NCBI GenBank assembly: GCA_964502505.1
Contig: CAZCXC010000276.1
Location: 1-34,485 of the forward strand
Source: an uncultured Enterobacteriaceae bacterium
GTDB lineage: Bacteria; Pseudomonadota; Gammaproteobacteria; Eutrophobiales; Eutrophobiaceae
Length of the DNA stretch: 34,485 nt
Direction of reading: 5' to 3'
The notes beneath the pieces were generated by a model, which saw only the letters and a program-made list of their open reading frames with translations, did not search any database and was not told the origin of the DNA. The translations under genes and the position numbers were made by a program. Positions within the stretch are counted from its first letter, which is position 1. Each line of letters starts with the position of its first letter. Below, piece by piece: positions 17,607-26,682 of the stretch.

Positions 17607-17629
17607 AAAAAATTTGCAGTGCATAATAT
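17601..17629 (+). promoter_or_regulatory. Predicted acs promoter overlapped by a TTGCAGTGCATAA motif
   Basis: TTGTTT (17601-17606), a 17-bp spacer and TAATAT (17624-17629). The 13-mer at 17614-17626 spans the spacer and the -10. Confidence 0.35.
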
Positions 17630-17740
17630 TTTGTCAGGATGCATCCCTTCGTAAGTGCAAGAGTAGATAGTTTGTAAAAAGGAAATTAAATAAATAATTA
17701 ACTTGTTATTGGATAAGAAAATTAACCGCGGAGGCAGAAG

Positions 17741-19681
17741 ATGTCGGGTGATATAACTTATCAGATCCCTGAGGCTATTATGGCCAAGGCCCATATTAAT
17801 TCAGAAAAATACCATGAGCTTTACCGTCTTTCGATAGAAGACCCGGATAAGTTTTGGGCAGATCAGGCGGAAGAATTTTTAAGCTGGTCAAAAAAATGGG
17901 ACAAGGTCCAGGATTGGACTTTTCAGGATAATGTCAAAATTCAATGGTTCCTCGGCGGGAAATTGAATGTGTCTTACAATTGTCTGGATCGACATTTAGA
18001 GTCTCGTGGCGACCAGGTAGCTATTATCTGGGAAGGTGACAACCCTGAGGTCGATAAAAAGATTACCTACAGGGAATTACATACTGATGTATGTAAATTT
18101 GCTAATGTCTTGAAAGAACGTGGCGTTAATAAAGGTGATCGGGTATCGATTTATATGCCAATGATCCCAGAAGCTGCAGTGGCCATGTTAGCATGTGCCC
18201 GCATTGGTGCAGTTCATTCCATTGTCTTTGGAGGGTTCTCCCCCGAGGCCTTAAAAGATCGCATATTGGATTCTGATTGCCAGGTCGTTATCACTGCGGA
18301 TGAAAGTGTTCGAGGTGGTCGTACTACCCCATTAAAAGCAAATGCCGATACAGCTATTAAAAATTGTCAAAATGTACATACGGTAGTTGTCATCAAGCGT
18401 ACAGGAGGAGAAATTACCTGGGATGATAATCGTGATATTTGGTATCACGAGATGATGGAAAAAGCTTCTATTGATTGTCCACCTGAGGAAATGGATGCGG
18501 AAGATCCATTGTTTATTTTGTATACATCAGGATCTACTGGGAAACCAAAGGGCGTTTTGCATACAACGGGTGGTTATTTACTGTTTACAGCGATAACGCA
18601 TAAATATGTTTTTGATTACCAGGAAGGTGATATTTATTGGTGTACGGCTGATGTAGGCTGGGTAACAGGCCATTCTTATATTGTCTATGGGCCGTTATGT
18701 AACGGTGCTATTAGTTTGATGTTTGAAGGTGTCCCCACTTATCCTGATGCTGGTCGTTTTTGGCAAGTGGTCGCCAAGCATAAGGTGAATAGTTTCTACA
18801 CTGCACCAACTGCAATACGCGCATTAATGGGACAAGGGAATAATTTTGTGACCCAACATGATCGCAGTAGTTTGCGTGTCCTCGGGACAGTAGGAGAACC
18901 CATTAATCCTGAGGCATGGGAATGGTATTACCATACTGTTGGTGATGCACATTGCCCAATAGTAGATACCTGGTGGCAAACAGAAACTGGCGGGCATTTA
19001 ATTACGCCATTGCCTGGAGCTACCGTATTGAAACCTGGTTCCGCAACCTTACCATTTTTTGGTATAGAGCCTTGTTTGGTTGATGAACAAGGTAATGAAC
19101 TTGAAGGAGCAATTGAAGGTGCATTATGTATCAAACGGTCTTGGCCCGGACAAATGCGTACCATCTATGGTGATCATGACCGATTTATTGAAACCTATTT
19201 CAAGAAGTTTCCTGGAAAATATCTCAGCGGTGACGGTGCCCGCCGGGATGAAGATGGTTATTATTGGATTACGGGTCGCATAGATGACGTTATCAATGTA
19301 TCAGGTCATCGCATGGGTACTGCAGAAATTGAGAGTGCTTTAGTATTGCATGACGCTGTTGCTGAAGCCGCTGTAGTAGGTTACCCACATGATATAAAAG
19401 GGCAGGGTATTTATGCTTATGTGACCTTGATGTCTGGGGTTGATGCTTCAGATGAATTACAAAAGGAACTAGTAAAGCATGTACGTAAAGAGATTGGGCC
19501 TATTGCAAGTCCGGATGTTATTCAATGGGCTCCAGGGCTACCAAAAACACGTTCGGGTAAAATTATGCGCCGTATCTTGCGCAAAGTGGCCGCTAATGAA
19601 CTGGATAATCTCGGTGATACCAGCACACTTGCTGATCCGGCTGTAGTCGATGAATTGATTAAAAATCGTGCAAATAAATAA
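17741..19681 (+). CDS. acs: Acetyl-CoA synthetase (AMP-forming)
   Basis: 646 aa. [19 protein letters not shown] and [11 protein letters not shown]. An RBS (GGAGG) lies upstream. Confidence 0.95.
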   Translation: MSGDITYQIPEAIMAKAHINSEKYHELYRLSIEDPDKFWADQAEEFLSWSKKWDKVQDWTFQDNVKIQWFLGGKLNVSYNCLDRHLESRGDQVAIIWEGDNPEVDKKITYRELHTDVCKFANVLKERGVNKGDRVSIYMPMIPEAAVAMLACARIGAVHSIVFGGFSPEALKDRILDSDCQVVITADESVRGGRTTPLKANADTAIKNCQNVHTVVVIKRTGGEITWDDNRDIWYHEMMEKASIDCPPEEMDAEDPLFILYTSGSTGKPKGVLHTTGGYLLFTAITHKYVFDYQEGDIYWCTADVGWVTGHSYIVYGPLCNGAISLMFEGVPTYPDAGRFWQVVAKHKVNSFYTAPTAIRALMGQGNNFVTQHDRSSLRVLGTVGEPINPEAWEWYYHTVGDAHCPIVDTWWQTETGGHLITPLPGATVLKPGSATLPFFGIEPCLVDEQGNELEGAIEGALCIKRSWPGQMRTIYGDHDRFIETYFKKFPGKYLSGDGARRDEDGYYWITGRIDDVINVSGHRMGTAEIESALVLHDAVAEAAVVGYPHDIKGQGIYAYVTLMSGVDASDELQKELVKHVRKEIGPIASPDVIQWAPGLPKTRSGKIMRRILRKVAANELDNLGDTSTLADPAVVDELIKNRANK

Positions 19682-19767
19682 GCATTGTAGCCAGAATTTT
19701 GCTGTCAATTTTGTTATCGTATAGGGACAACTAATAAATCTAAATTGTAGTTAAGCGAGGGAAACCT

Positions 19768-22344
19768 GTGGCAAACATTGATCTTCCTGATTATCTGAAG
19801 AGATCAAAAATATTAAATAACTTAACTGTTAGACGATTACTGCAATATTGGGCCATAGTCTGTTCAGCTGCTGTGATTACTCTTTCTCTCGTGGCTGTGA
19901 TAACTAACGATATTGTTTCTTCAAAACAGGAAAAATTAAATAATACGGCTATTCCTATTGAAGAAAATGTTCGTCATTTAGATCATGTGCTCTATGCGTT
20001 TGAACAACGCCAACAAGCTCTTATAAAAGCAGAAACTCTGGATGAATACGAAATTAATTTGGATCGCAGCGCATTACAACAAAGATTTAGTGATTACTTC
20101 CTTCAGCTGAATTTAAGAATAACAGAATTAGATAATGCAAAGCCCATAGTTAATGATCTTGAGGAAAATTATAACAGGTTCCTCGAAATAGATTCTAAAT
20201 TAACTGATCATCTAAAAACTAAATATGAATTTTCGACAGCATCTGACATCCCTGAAAATTTTGGAGAACAACTCGGAGTAATTGAAGCAGAGATAATGTC
20301 CCGCAAGTTAGATATTCAGGCTAATCTTAAAAGACTCTCTACCATGACCAGTCAATATATTAAGTCCCTTGCAGGCCTTTCATTTAATATTAGTCAGATT
20401 AATTTATTAGTCGTAGTTGCGCTAAGTCTTATTGTTGTAGCAGTGATTGCCGCAGGAATATCTGTTGTTTTATATCGTATAGATACACCACTTGGAAATT
20501 TAAGCGGGGCCATGCATGATTTATCGCATGGAGATATGTCACGAAGGTTACAAATTAGTGAGTTAATTCGTGATGAGTTTTCAGATTTATCATTTGATTT
20601 CAATAAATTTGCAGCAAGAACGCAGTCATTGTTTGATGAAGTCATTGATGCAAATGATGCACTGGAAGAAAGTGAAAAAAGAACGCGAGCGATCCTTGAA
20701 AATGCCTTGGTAGGTATTGCCCATTTAAAAGATCAACATATAGTTTCAGTTAATCAAAAATTTGAAGATCTATTTGGTTATTCTAGGGAGACTTTAACAG
20801 GGATGCATATTAAAAAACTGTACCCTACTGACGATGACTACAAGGCTATAAATGAAACGACAGAGCAACTTTTGGCAAGTGGCGAGACTTATCACGGAGA
20901 ATGGAAACTAAAACACGAAAGCGGTAATCATTTCTGGTGTGATGTCTCTGCAAAATCAATATCAGAAGATAATATCGATGAAGGAACAATTTGGTTATTT
21001 GAGGATATTACCCAACGTAAGTCTTCAGAAGACGAACTAAGACGATTGGCAAATTATGATACGTTGACTGATCTTCCTAATCGTGCCTTGTTTCAAGATC
21101 GGTTAATGCAAGCAACGGAAAGTGCCAGTCGAAAAAATAATTCTATGGCGTTAATTTATATTGATCTTGATCGATTTAAAAAAATAAATGATTCGTTTGG
21201 TCATTCTTTAGGTGATGAATTATTAAAAATAGTATCAAGACGTTTATGTGAATGTGTTCGGGGTTCAGACACTGTATCGAGATTAGGTGGAGATGAATTC
21301 ACTATAATTTTGCCGGACTTACAAAGTATAAGTGATCCTGGAAAAGTCTCTGAAAAAATAATTTTAAAAATGGATGAGTCTTTCAAATTAGAAAATCAGG
21401 AGGTCAGTATTAGCCCGAGTATTGGGATTAGTATTTTTCCGGATGATGCACGTGACATGGAAACAATACTAAAAAATGCTGATGCTGCAATGTATCACGC
21501 CAAGAGTAAAGGGCGTAATAATTACCAATACTATACCCAGGAAATGAACGCTAAGGCACGACATCGTTTGGATCTCGAAGGAAGATTAAGGCGGTCAATT
21601 GATAATCATGATTTTAAGATTTATTACCAACCTCAGGTTGATGTAAAAAGTCTGAGCATAACGGGATATGAAGCATTAATCCGTTGGCAAGATGGGGAGA
21701 ATGGTTTGGTTTCACCTGTTGAATTCGTGCCAATACTAGAAGATACGGGGTTAATAGTGCCCGTCGGTGAATGGATATTGCACAAGGTTTGTGATGATAT
21801 TCCACATATTAGAAAATTGAACAGTAATCTAAAGAGTGTCTCAGTAAATTTTTCTGCTCGGCAATTTATTGATAATACACTGTTTAGTCATGTAGAAAAT
21901 ATTTTAAGTGAAACGGGCGTATCAACTGACGAAATAGTTATTGAAATAACTGAGACGATTTTGATGACGGAGAAAGAACGTAGCCTGAAAATTTTGTCTG
22001 AATTGAGCGAGTTTGGGCTTAAATTGTCACTTGATGATTTTGGGACAGGCTATTCATCACTTGCCTATCTCAAGCAATTTCCTATCGATATTATTAAGAT
22101 TGATCAATCTTTTGTTCGCGATCTGCACAAGGATACGAGTGACGCTGCAATTTGTGAGGCTATTATAGCAATTGCAGAACAGTTGAGACTTAAAGTTGTA
22201 GCTGAAGGAGTGGAAACTCAGGACCAGTTCGATTTTATGTCAAAACGAGGTTGCGACTCCATTCAGGGCTATTTTTTTGGTAAGCCCGTGCCTTTACCGG
22301 AGCTAGTTTGTTCTATTGAGGATCAACACGCTGCTGTTAGCTAG
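19768..22344 (+). CDS. Membrane sensor with HAMP-PAS-GGDEF-EAL domains (bifunctional diguanylate cyclase/phosphodiesterase)
   Basis: GTG start. Two TM segments flank an approximately 190-aa periplasmic region. An RGSD (RxxD I-site) lies 5 aa before GGDEF. EALIRW, DDFGTGYSSL and QGYFF are present. Confidence 0.9.
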   Translation: MANIDLPDYLKRSKILNNLTVRRLLQYWAIVCSAAVITLSLVAVITNDIVSSKQEKLNNTAIPIEENVRHLDHVLYAFEQRQQALIKAETLDEYEINLDRSALQQRFSDYFLQLNLRITELDNAKPIVNDLEENYNRFLEIDSKLTDHLKTKYEFSTASDIPENFGEQLGVIEAEIMSRKLDIQANLKRLSTMTSQYIKSLAGLSFNISQINLLVVVALSLIVVAVIAAGISVVLYRIDTPLGNLSGAMHDLSHGDMSRRLQISELIRDEFSDLSFDFNKFAARTQSLFDEVIDANDALEESEKRTRAILENALVGIAHLKDQHIVSVNQKFEDLFGYSRETLTGMHIKKLYPTDDDYKAINETTEQLLASGETYHGEWKLKHESGNHFWCDVSAKSISEDNIDEGTIWLFEDITQRKSSEDELRRLANYDTLTDLPNRALFQDRLMQATESASRKNNSMALIYIDLDRFKKINDSFGHSLGDELLKIVSRRLCECVRGSDTVSRLGGDEFTIILPDLQSISDPGKVSEKIILKMDESFKLENQEVSISPSIGISIFPDDARDMETILKNADAAMYHAKSKGRNNYQYYTQEMNAKARHRLDLEGRLRRSIDNHDFKIYYQPQVDVKSLSITGYEALIRWQDGENGLVSPVEFVPILEDTGLIVPVGEWILHKVCDDIPHIRKLNSNLKSVSVNFSARQFIDNTLFSHVENILSETGVSTDEIVIEITETILMTEKERSLKILSELSEFGLKLSLDDFGTGYSSLAYLKQFPIDIIKIDQSFVRDLHKDTSDAAICEAIIAIAEQLRLKVVAEGVETQDQFDFMSKRGCDSIQGYFFGKPVPLPELVCSIEDQHAAVS

Positions 22345-22352
22345 TACATACA

Positions 22353-22375
22353 GTACTTATACCTTCCGTAAGTAC
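22353..22375 (+). terminator. Weak hairpin after the GGDEF-EAL gene
   Basis: GTACTTA-taccttccg-TAAGTAC (7-bp stem) followed by ATTTCCAAATTT. The T-tract is poor. Confidence 0.3.
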
Positions 22376-22468
22376 ATTTCCAAATTTCCGCGCCGATCTT
22401 TTTAAATACTTATAAATCAATAAGATATATATCAATAAATATCTCCTTAAATTGTCACTTTAGGGGTG

Positions 22469-22523
22469 TTGACAAACTATCGTAGCTAAGTTATGTTGCG
22501 TTGCAATATATTGCACTGCACAA
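22469..22523 (+). promoter_or_regulatory. Sigma70 promoter of phasin 1 with an inverted pair of 13-mers (candidate PhaR operator)
   Basis: TTGACA (22469-22474), a 17-bp spacer and TATGTT (22492-22497). TGTTGCGTTGCAA-tata-TTGCACTGCACAA occupies 22494-22523. Confidence 0.6.
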
Positions 22524-22572
22524 TCAAGCAGAGCAGCTTATTTCAAACCCTGAGAAAACCAAGGAGCACATT

Positions 22573-22953
22573 ATGCAAAACGAATATATTGAACAAATAC
22601 AAAAGATAGGTCAGACATCATTTGCTACGCTGCAAGATATTGCGACCATTAATAGTAATGCACTGCAAAATATAACTGAGCTGCAGTTAAATTTTGCTAC
22701 CCAGAGTATTGAAAGTGGTATTGAGCAGGTTAAGGCAGTAAGTAGTATGACTAACTATAAAGATCTATTTAAGGCAGCATCTGAATTTACTAATGATTAT
22801 AGTTCAAAATTGGTTGACGTAACGCGTCAAACGACCGAAGTACTGTCTTCAACTCAAAATGATATAACCACGGCAATTGAAAATGGAATTATAGCACCGG
22901 TCAAAGTTGTAAAAGCAACGACGAAACGTGCCTCGAAAAAAGATACTGATTAA
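22573..22953 (+). CDS. phaP: Phasin-family PHA granule-associated protein (126 aa)
   Basis: ATG at 22573 lies 7 nt after AAGGAG. The protein is helical, Ala/Gln/Thr-rich and low in aromatics, like phasins, and sits directly upstream of phaEC. The ORF-track start at 22501 lies inside the promoter and operator and is rejected. Confidence 0.8.
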   Translation: MQNEYIEQIQKIGQTSFATLQDIATINSNALQNITELQLNFATQSIESGIEQVKAVSSMTNYKDLFKAASEFTNDYSSKLVDVTRQTTEVLSSTQNDITTAIENGIIAPVKVVKATTKRASKKDTD

Positions 22954-22986
22954 TAATAGTATATATTAATTCCTTCCTTGGTTAAC

Positions 22987-23012
22987 CCCGCAGATTAATC
23001 ATGATTTGCGGG
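22987..23012 (+). terminator. Hairpin after phasin 1
   Basis: CCCGCAGATTA-atca-TGATTTGCGGG (11 pairs including 2 G-U) followed by CATTCTTT. Confidence 0.45.
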
Positions 23013-23148
23013 CATTCTTTGATTAAAGCGTGAACGTACAACACATATCTTCATGCAGTAAAACATTGTCCATGATAGGATTAAAAATATCTTCCATAAT
23101 TAAAAGACTATATATTTACAATATATCGACTTTAGTAACCATAAAAAT

Positions 23149-24279
23149 ATGACTGATAAAACAGCTTTCCCCTTTTGGAATACAGATTGGTTTGATTCAC
23201 CAAAAAACTATAGTGATATATTAGACATCTGGTGGAACAGTGTTTCTGCATCTGTTCCGGAAGTAACCCAAAATTCTTATCAAAAGATGATGAATCAAGG
23301 TAAAACTTTTTATTTTCTTGGCGAGCAATTCAGCCAATTATTACAAGGAATTTCTGGTATTAATCAAGCCACTGATGATTGGCAAAAATATTTAAATGAG
23401 CAGTTTGAAAGTATCAAGAAGATATATTCTGACTCTCATGGTGGTATGAATGAAACCGTGCAGGGTATGTTTGGTGCTTGGCAATTGCTCCCAATGGATA
23501 CGTTCCATCGTACTTTTTCATCTACATCTCTTATGCCAGGAGATTTTCTACAAGATTTCAAGACAAATAATTTTCATGAGGTAACAGACAAATTTCTATC
23601 TGTTCCGGGAATTGGTTACACGAGAGAGTCGCAAGAACAGGTACAAGAAGGTATTAGGTTATGGAATGACTATCAAAGAACTGCAAATGAATACATTCAT
23701 GCTATAAGCAAGGTTGGGCTGGATGCTTTAGAAGCTATGCGGTTAAGAATACTAGAGATGGCAGAAAAGGGCGAAGTCATCAACAGTTTACGGGGAATTT
23801 ATGATCTCTGGGTCGATTCAAATGAAAAAGCTTATGCAGCTTATGTTTATACAGATGAATATTCAGAAATTTATGGGCGCATGACCAATGCTTTGATGGC
23901 GGTAAAAAAGCATAGTCGCAATACCGTTGATGAAATGCTTGCTAGCTTGAATATGCCTACACGTAAAACTATTAATACAATGCTAGAACGTCAGCAGGAA
24001 CTGAGAAGAGAACACATATCTGCCATACAAAAAATAAAACAACTAGAAAAAGAACAGCAGGAATTACGTAAAATGTTTGCTGATAGTAGCATTGTTAAGA
24101 AAACCAAGGAAAAAAGAAAGAAAAAAACCAATATAACCACAAGCAAAACTAAAACAAAAAAGGTTACAGAAAAAAAAACTAGTCAGAAAAAAACGATTAA
24201 AAAAACAGTATCTAATAAAAATAAAAAAGCGCCCGGGAAAAACAGAAATAACGATAATATGATTATTATTAAAATTTGA
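23149..24279 (+). CDS. phaE: Class III PHA synthase subunit PhaE with a lysine-rich C-terminal extension
   Basis: 376 aa. It lies immediately upstream of a 354-aa lipase-box PhaC. The Trp-rich N-terminus (FPFWNTDWF..IWWNSV) resembles known PhaE proteins. The last 61 aa hold 24 Lys/Arg. Confidence 0.85.
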   Translation: MTDKTAFPFWNTDWFDSPKNYSDILDIWWNSVSASVPEVTQNSYQKMMNQGKTFYFLGEQFSQLLQGISGINQATDDWQKYLNEQFESIKKIYSDSHGGMNETVQGMFGAWQLLPMDTFHRTFSSTSLMPGDFLQDFKTNNFHEVTDKFLSVPGIGYTRESQEQVQEGIRLWNDYQRTANEYIHAISKVGLDALEAMRLRILEMAEKGEVINSLRGIYDLWVDSNEKAYAAYVYTDEYSEIYGRMTNALMAVKKHSRNTVDEMLASLNMPTRKTINTMLERQQELRREHISAIQKIKQLEKEQQELRKMFADSSIVKKTKEKRKKKTNITTSKTKTKKVTEKKTSQKKTIKKTVSNKNKKAPGKNRNNDNMIIIKI

Positions 24280-24299
24280 TAGCACAGAGATATTATCAA

Positions 24300-25364
24300 A
24301 TGATTCCTTTTCAAATGAGACCAGATGAAGTTATTCAAGAAATTAATGATTTCAACAACAAACTTGCCCAGGGCTTGCATACACTAAGTGAGATTGGTGA
24401 TATAGAAGTAGGCGTATCTGCAAAAGAACCAATTTATAAAGAAGATAAAATGGTTCTTTATCATTTCTTACCCAGAGTAAAGAAGAGAAACCCAATACCT
24501 TTGTTAATAGTTTATGCTCTTGTTAATAGACCTTATATGGCTGATCTGCAAGAAGGGCGCTCTATGGTACAGGGATTATTAGATGCAGGACTGGACGTTT
24601 ATTTAATAGACTGGGGCTATCCTGATGATGGTGACCGTTATTTAACATTAAATGATTATATCAATGGTTATATTGATCGTTGTGTGGATATAATTTGTGA
24701 GAAACACGAAACTGAAAAAATAAATCTTCTTGGCATATGTCAGGGTGGTAGTTTTAGTCTTTGTTATAGTGCATTACATCAAAACAAAGTTAAAAACTTG
24801 ATAACTACAGTAACTCCCGTTGATTTCCATACAAAGAATGATTTGTTAAGCAAAATGATTAGAAATGTGGATATCGATTTACTGGTTGATACTATGGGTA
24901 ATCTGCCTGGCGAATTACTTAACTGGACCTATCTTTCGTTAAAACCGTTTCAACTAATGGGCCAGAAATATATGGATCTTGTTGATGTATTAGATGATAA
25001 AGAAAAAGCACGAAATTTTATGCGTATGGAAAAATGGATCTTCGATAGTCCCGACCAAGTGGGGGAAACTTTCAGGCAATTTTCCAAGCAATTTTATCAA
25101 CAGAATGGACTGGTAAAAGGGACGGTTAAAATTGGAGATGACACAGTTGATCTGGGAAATATCAGCATACCTGTACTCAATATATTTGCTGCTACTGATC
25201 ATCTGGTTCCTCCAGATTCATCAAAAGCATTAGGCGGATGTGTAGGCACTGACGACTACACCGAACTGGAATTTCCAGGAGGGCATATAGGTATTTATGT
25301 TAGTGGTAAGGCGCAGAAGATGATTCCACCAGCGGTTGGAAAGTGGTTGGCATCACGCAGCTAA
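24300..25364 (+). CDS. phaC: Class III poly(R)-hydroxyalkanoate synthase catalytic subunit
   Basis: MIPFQMRPDEVIQEINDFNNKL is a typical class III N-terminus. The lipase-like box is GICQGG and the C-terminal GGHIG motif is present. 354 aa from the ATG at 24300; the alternative TTG at 24276 overlaps the phaE stop. Confidence 0.92.
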   Translation: MIPFQMRPDEVIQEINDFNNKLAQGLHTLSEIGDIEVGVSAKEPIYKEDKMVLYHFLPRVKKRNPIPLLIVYALVNRPYMADLQEGRSMVQGLLDAGLDVYLIDWGYPDDGDRYLTLNDYINGYIDRCVDIICEKHETEKINLLGICQGGSFSLCYSALHQNKVKNLITTVTPVDFHTKNDLLSKMIRNVDIDLLVDTMGNLPGELLNWTYLSLKPFQLMGQKYMDLVDVLDDKEKARNFMRMEKWIFDSPDQVGETFRQFSKQFYQQNGLVKGTVKIGDDTVDLGNISIPVLNIFAATDHLVPPDSSKALGGCVGTDDYTELEFPGGHIGIYVSGKAQKMIPPAVGKWLASRS

Positions 25365-25380
25365 CAAATATATAACAAGG

Positions 25381-25416
25381 AAAAAAATGCCCGCTTTCCA
25401 TTTTGGTGCACGGGCA
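25381..25416 (-). terminator. Hairpin plus T7 run on the minus strand (terminator for phasin 2)
   Basis: Plus strand TGCCCG (25388-25393) pairs with CGGGCA (25411-25416), preceded by AAAAAAA. This reads as T7 after the hairpin on the minus strand. Confidence 0.45.
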
Positions 25417-25450
25417 AATATAAGGGGGGTAATTTTCTTTCAAATAACTA

Positions 25451-25475
25451 CCCGCATCTTTACTTAAGGTGCGGG
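25451..25475. terminator. GC-rich hairpin between convergent phaC and phasin 2
   Basis: CCCGCA-N13-TGCGGG. There is no clean T-run on either strand. Confidence 0.3.
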
Positions 25476-25521
25476 CGAAATAGAGGAGGAAAATCCAATT
25501 AGTTATTATTAAAAACTACGT

Positions 25522-25902
25522 TCAAGCTGCTTTGGTAAAAGGTGTGACCTTAGCTACTTCCTGAATACATTTTTCAGCTTCCTTGACACCCTTTTCAAAC
25601 CAAACATTCACTTCATCTTTTGATTCACTGATGATGTCTGCACTGTTACGGGCAATACCCTGAACTTTACCAATGATGTCAGAGGTAATCTCGGTCTGAC
25701 TGCTGACAACTTCTTTGTATCCTTTAGCTTGACCAGCGAGTGCTAACTGACGACTGGTGTATTCAACACCCAGGTTGAAAATAGCCAGCTGCTGCTCGAT
25801 TAATTGCTCAGCAATATTGGCGTTAATTTCAAACAGTTCTTTAGCAGCATCGTATGAGCTTTTACTTACCTTGCTCAAATTCTCATAAATTGCATTATTC
25901 AT
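25522..25902 (-). CDS. phaP: Second phasin-family protein (126 aa)
   Basis: ATG at 25902 follows TAGGAGAAA. The composition is helical and phasin-like. The ORF-track start at 25965 lies within the -10 and operator and is rejected. Confidence 0.8.
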   Translation of the reverse strand: MNNAIYENLSKVSKSSYDAAKELFEINANIAEQLIEQQLAIFNLGVEYTSRQLALAGQAKGYKEVVSSQTEITSDIIGKVQGIARNSADIISESKDEVNVWFEKGVKEAEKCIQEVAKVTPFTKAA

Positions 25903-25933
25903 AATTATTTCTCCTAAATTAGTTGATAAATAT

Positions 25934-25989
25934 TTGTGCATTGCAACATTATTGCAGTGCAGCATAGGTCATCTGATTTTGATTGTCAA
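25934..25989 (-). promoter_or_regulatory. Sigma70 promoter of phasin 2 with an inverted pair of 13-mers (candidate PhaR operator)
   Basis: On the minus strand: TTGACA (25989-25984), a 17-bp spacer and TATGCT (25966-25961). On the plus strand: TTGTGCATTGCAA-catta-TTGCAGTGCAGCA (25934-25964). Confidence 0.6.
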
Positions 25990-26162
25990 TTTTTTTAGAT
26001 GAAAAACTATACATTAATAGTAATTACTCACTCACAGTGTAACTATATGATATTATTATACTTTAGCGAGTAGAATGTATAATCTTGTAATATATTTATG
26101 GCGATATAGAGTTTTAAAAGGATTAAAGGGATTCAGTGCCTCAACCAAGAAGCACCAAAAAA

Positions 26163-26612
26163 CTATTTTGAATCGTTATTGAGACTAGCAGCCTGGAAAA
26201 AGCTGTCTTGCATTTCCTGCCATGTTTTCAGATTTTGCTCTGCCATTTTTGACATGGCAGTCAGCGGATCGGATGTCATAGAATCCTGAAACTGTTTTTG
26301 TTGTTCAATAAAGAGCTCCATACTTTTTTGAATATAATCACCTGCGACGCTCTGTAACGAATCGCCATAAGATCGAATGATTTGTGTCAGTAGATCAGTG
26401 GAAAAAAACGGTTCGCCATCATGTTCTTGCTCAGAAATAATTTGTAACAGAGTAGTACGGGTAAGATCTTCGTCAGATTTAACATCCTTTACACAGAAGT
26501 TGACACCATTGAGTACTAACTGTTTTACATCTTCAAGCGTGATGTATTTGCTATCTTCGGAATCGTATAACCGCCTATTCGGATACTTCTTTATAATACG
26601 CACTTCGCTCAT
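26163..26612 (-). CDS. phaR: PHA synthesis repressor PhaR
   Basis: IKKYPNRRLYDSEDSKYITLEDVKQLV is the canonical PhaR N-terminal DNA-binding motif. 149 aa. Confidence 0.92.
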   Translation of the reverse strand: MSEVRIIKKYPNRRLYDSEDSKYITLEDVKQLVLNGVNFCVKDVKSDEDLTRTTLLQIISEQEHDGEPFFSTDLLTQIIRSYGDSLQSVAGDYIQKSMELFIEQQKQFQDSMTSDPLTAMSKMAEQNLKTWQEMQDSFFQAASLNNDSK

Positions 26613-26682
26613 AAGCCACTCTATTTAAAAATGTATAATGCAACCTAGATATTTTATCGTGTGATAAGACTGTCTAAGTCTA

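Noticed and set aside
22511-22523. TTGCA in the 13-mer considered as a sigma54 -12 element (TGGCAC-N5-TTGCA)
   Set aside because: None of the five copies has a GG -24 element at the required spacing. Good sigma70 -35 and -10 hexamers are present instead.
22656-22672. Additional weaker matches to the 13-mer inside coding sequence (phasin 1 at 22656-22672, ispG at 16031-16047, lpdA near 30160)
   Set aside because: Each has two or more mismatches and lies inside an ORF. They are compatible with chance and are not counted as sites.
24064-24380. Minus-strand Phe-rich ORFs (24064-24285, 24183-24380)
   Set aside because: They are the complement of the A-rich lysine-tail coding region of phaE and the phaC 5' end, so they are a low-complexity artefact.
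25903-25965. Upstream extensions of track ORFs: phasin 2 (25965), phasin 1 (22501), phaB (27480), hydrolase (3591)
   Set aside because: In each case an internal ATG with a clear Shine-Dalgarno gives the canonical family N-terminus. The extensions also overlap promoters, operators or the preceding gene.
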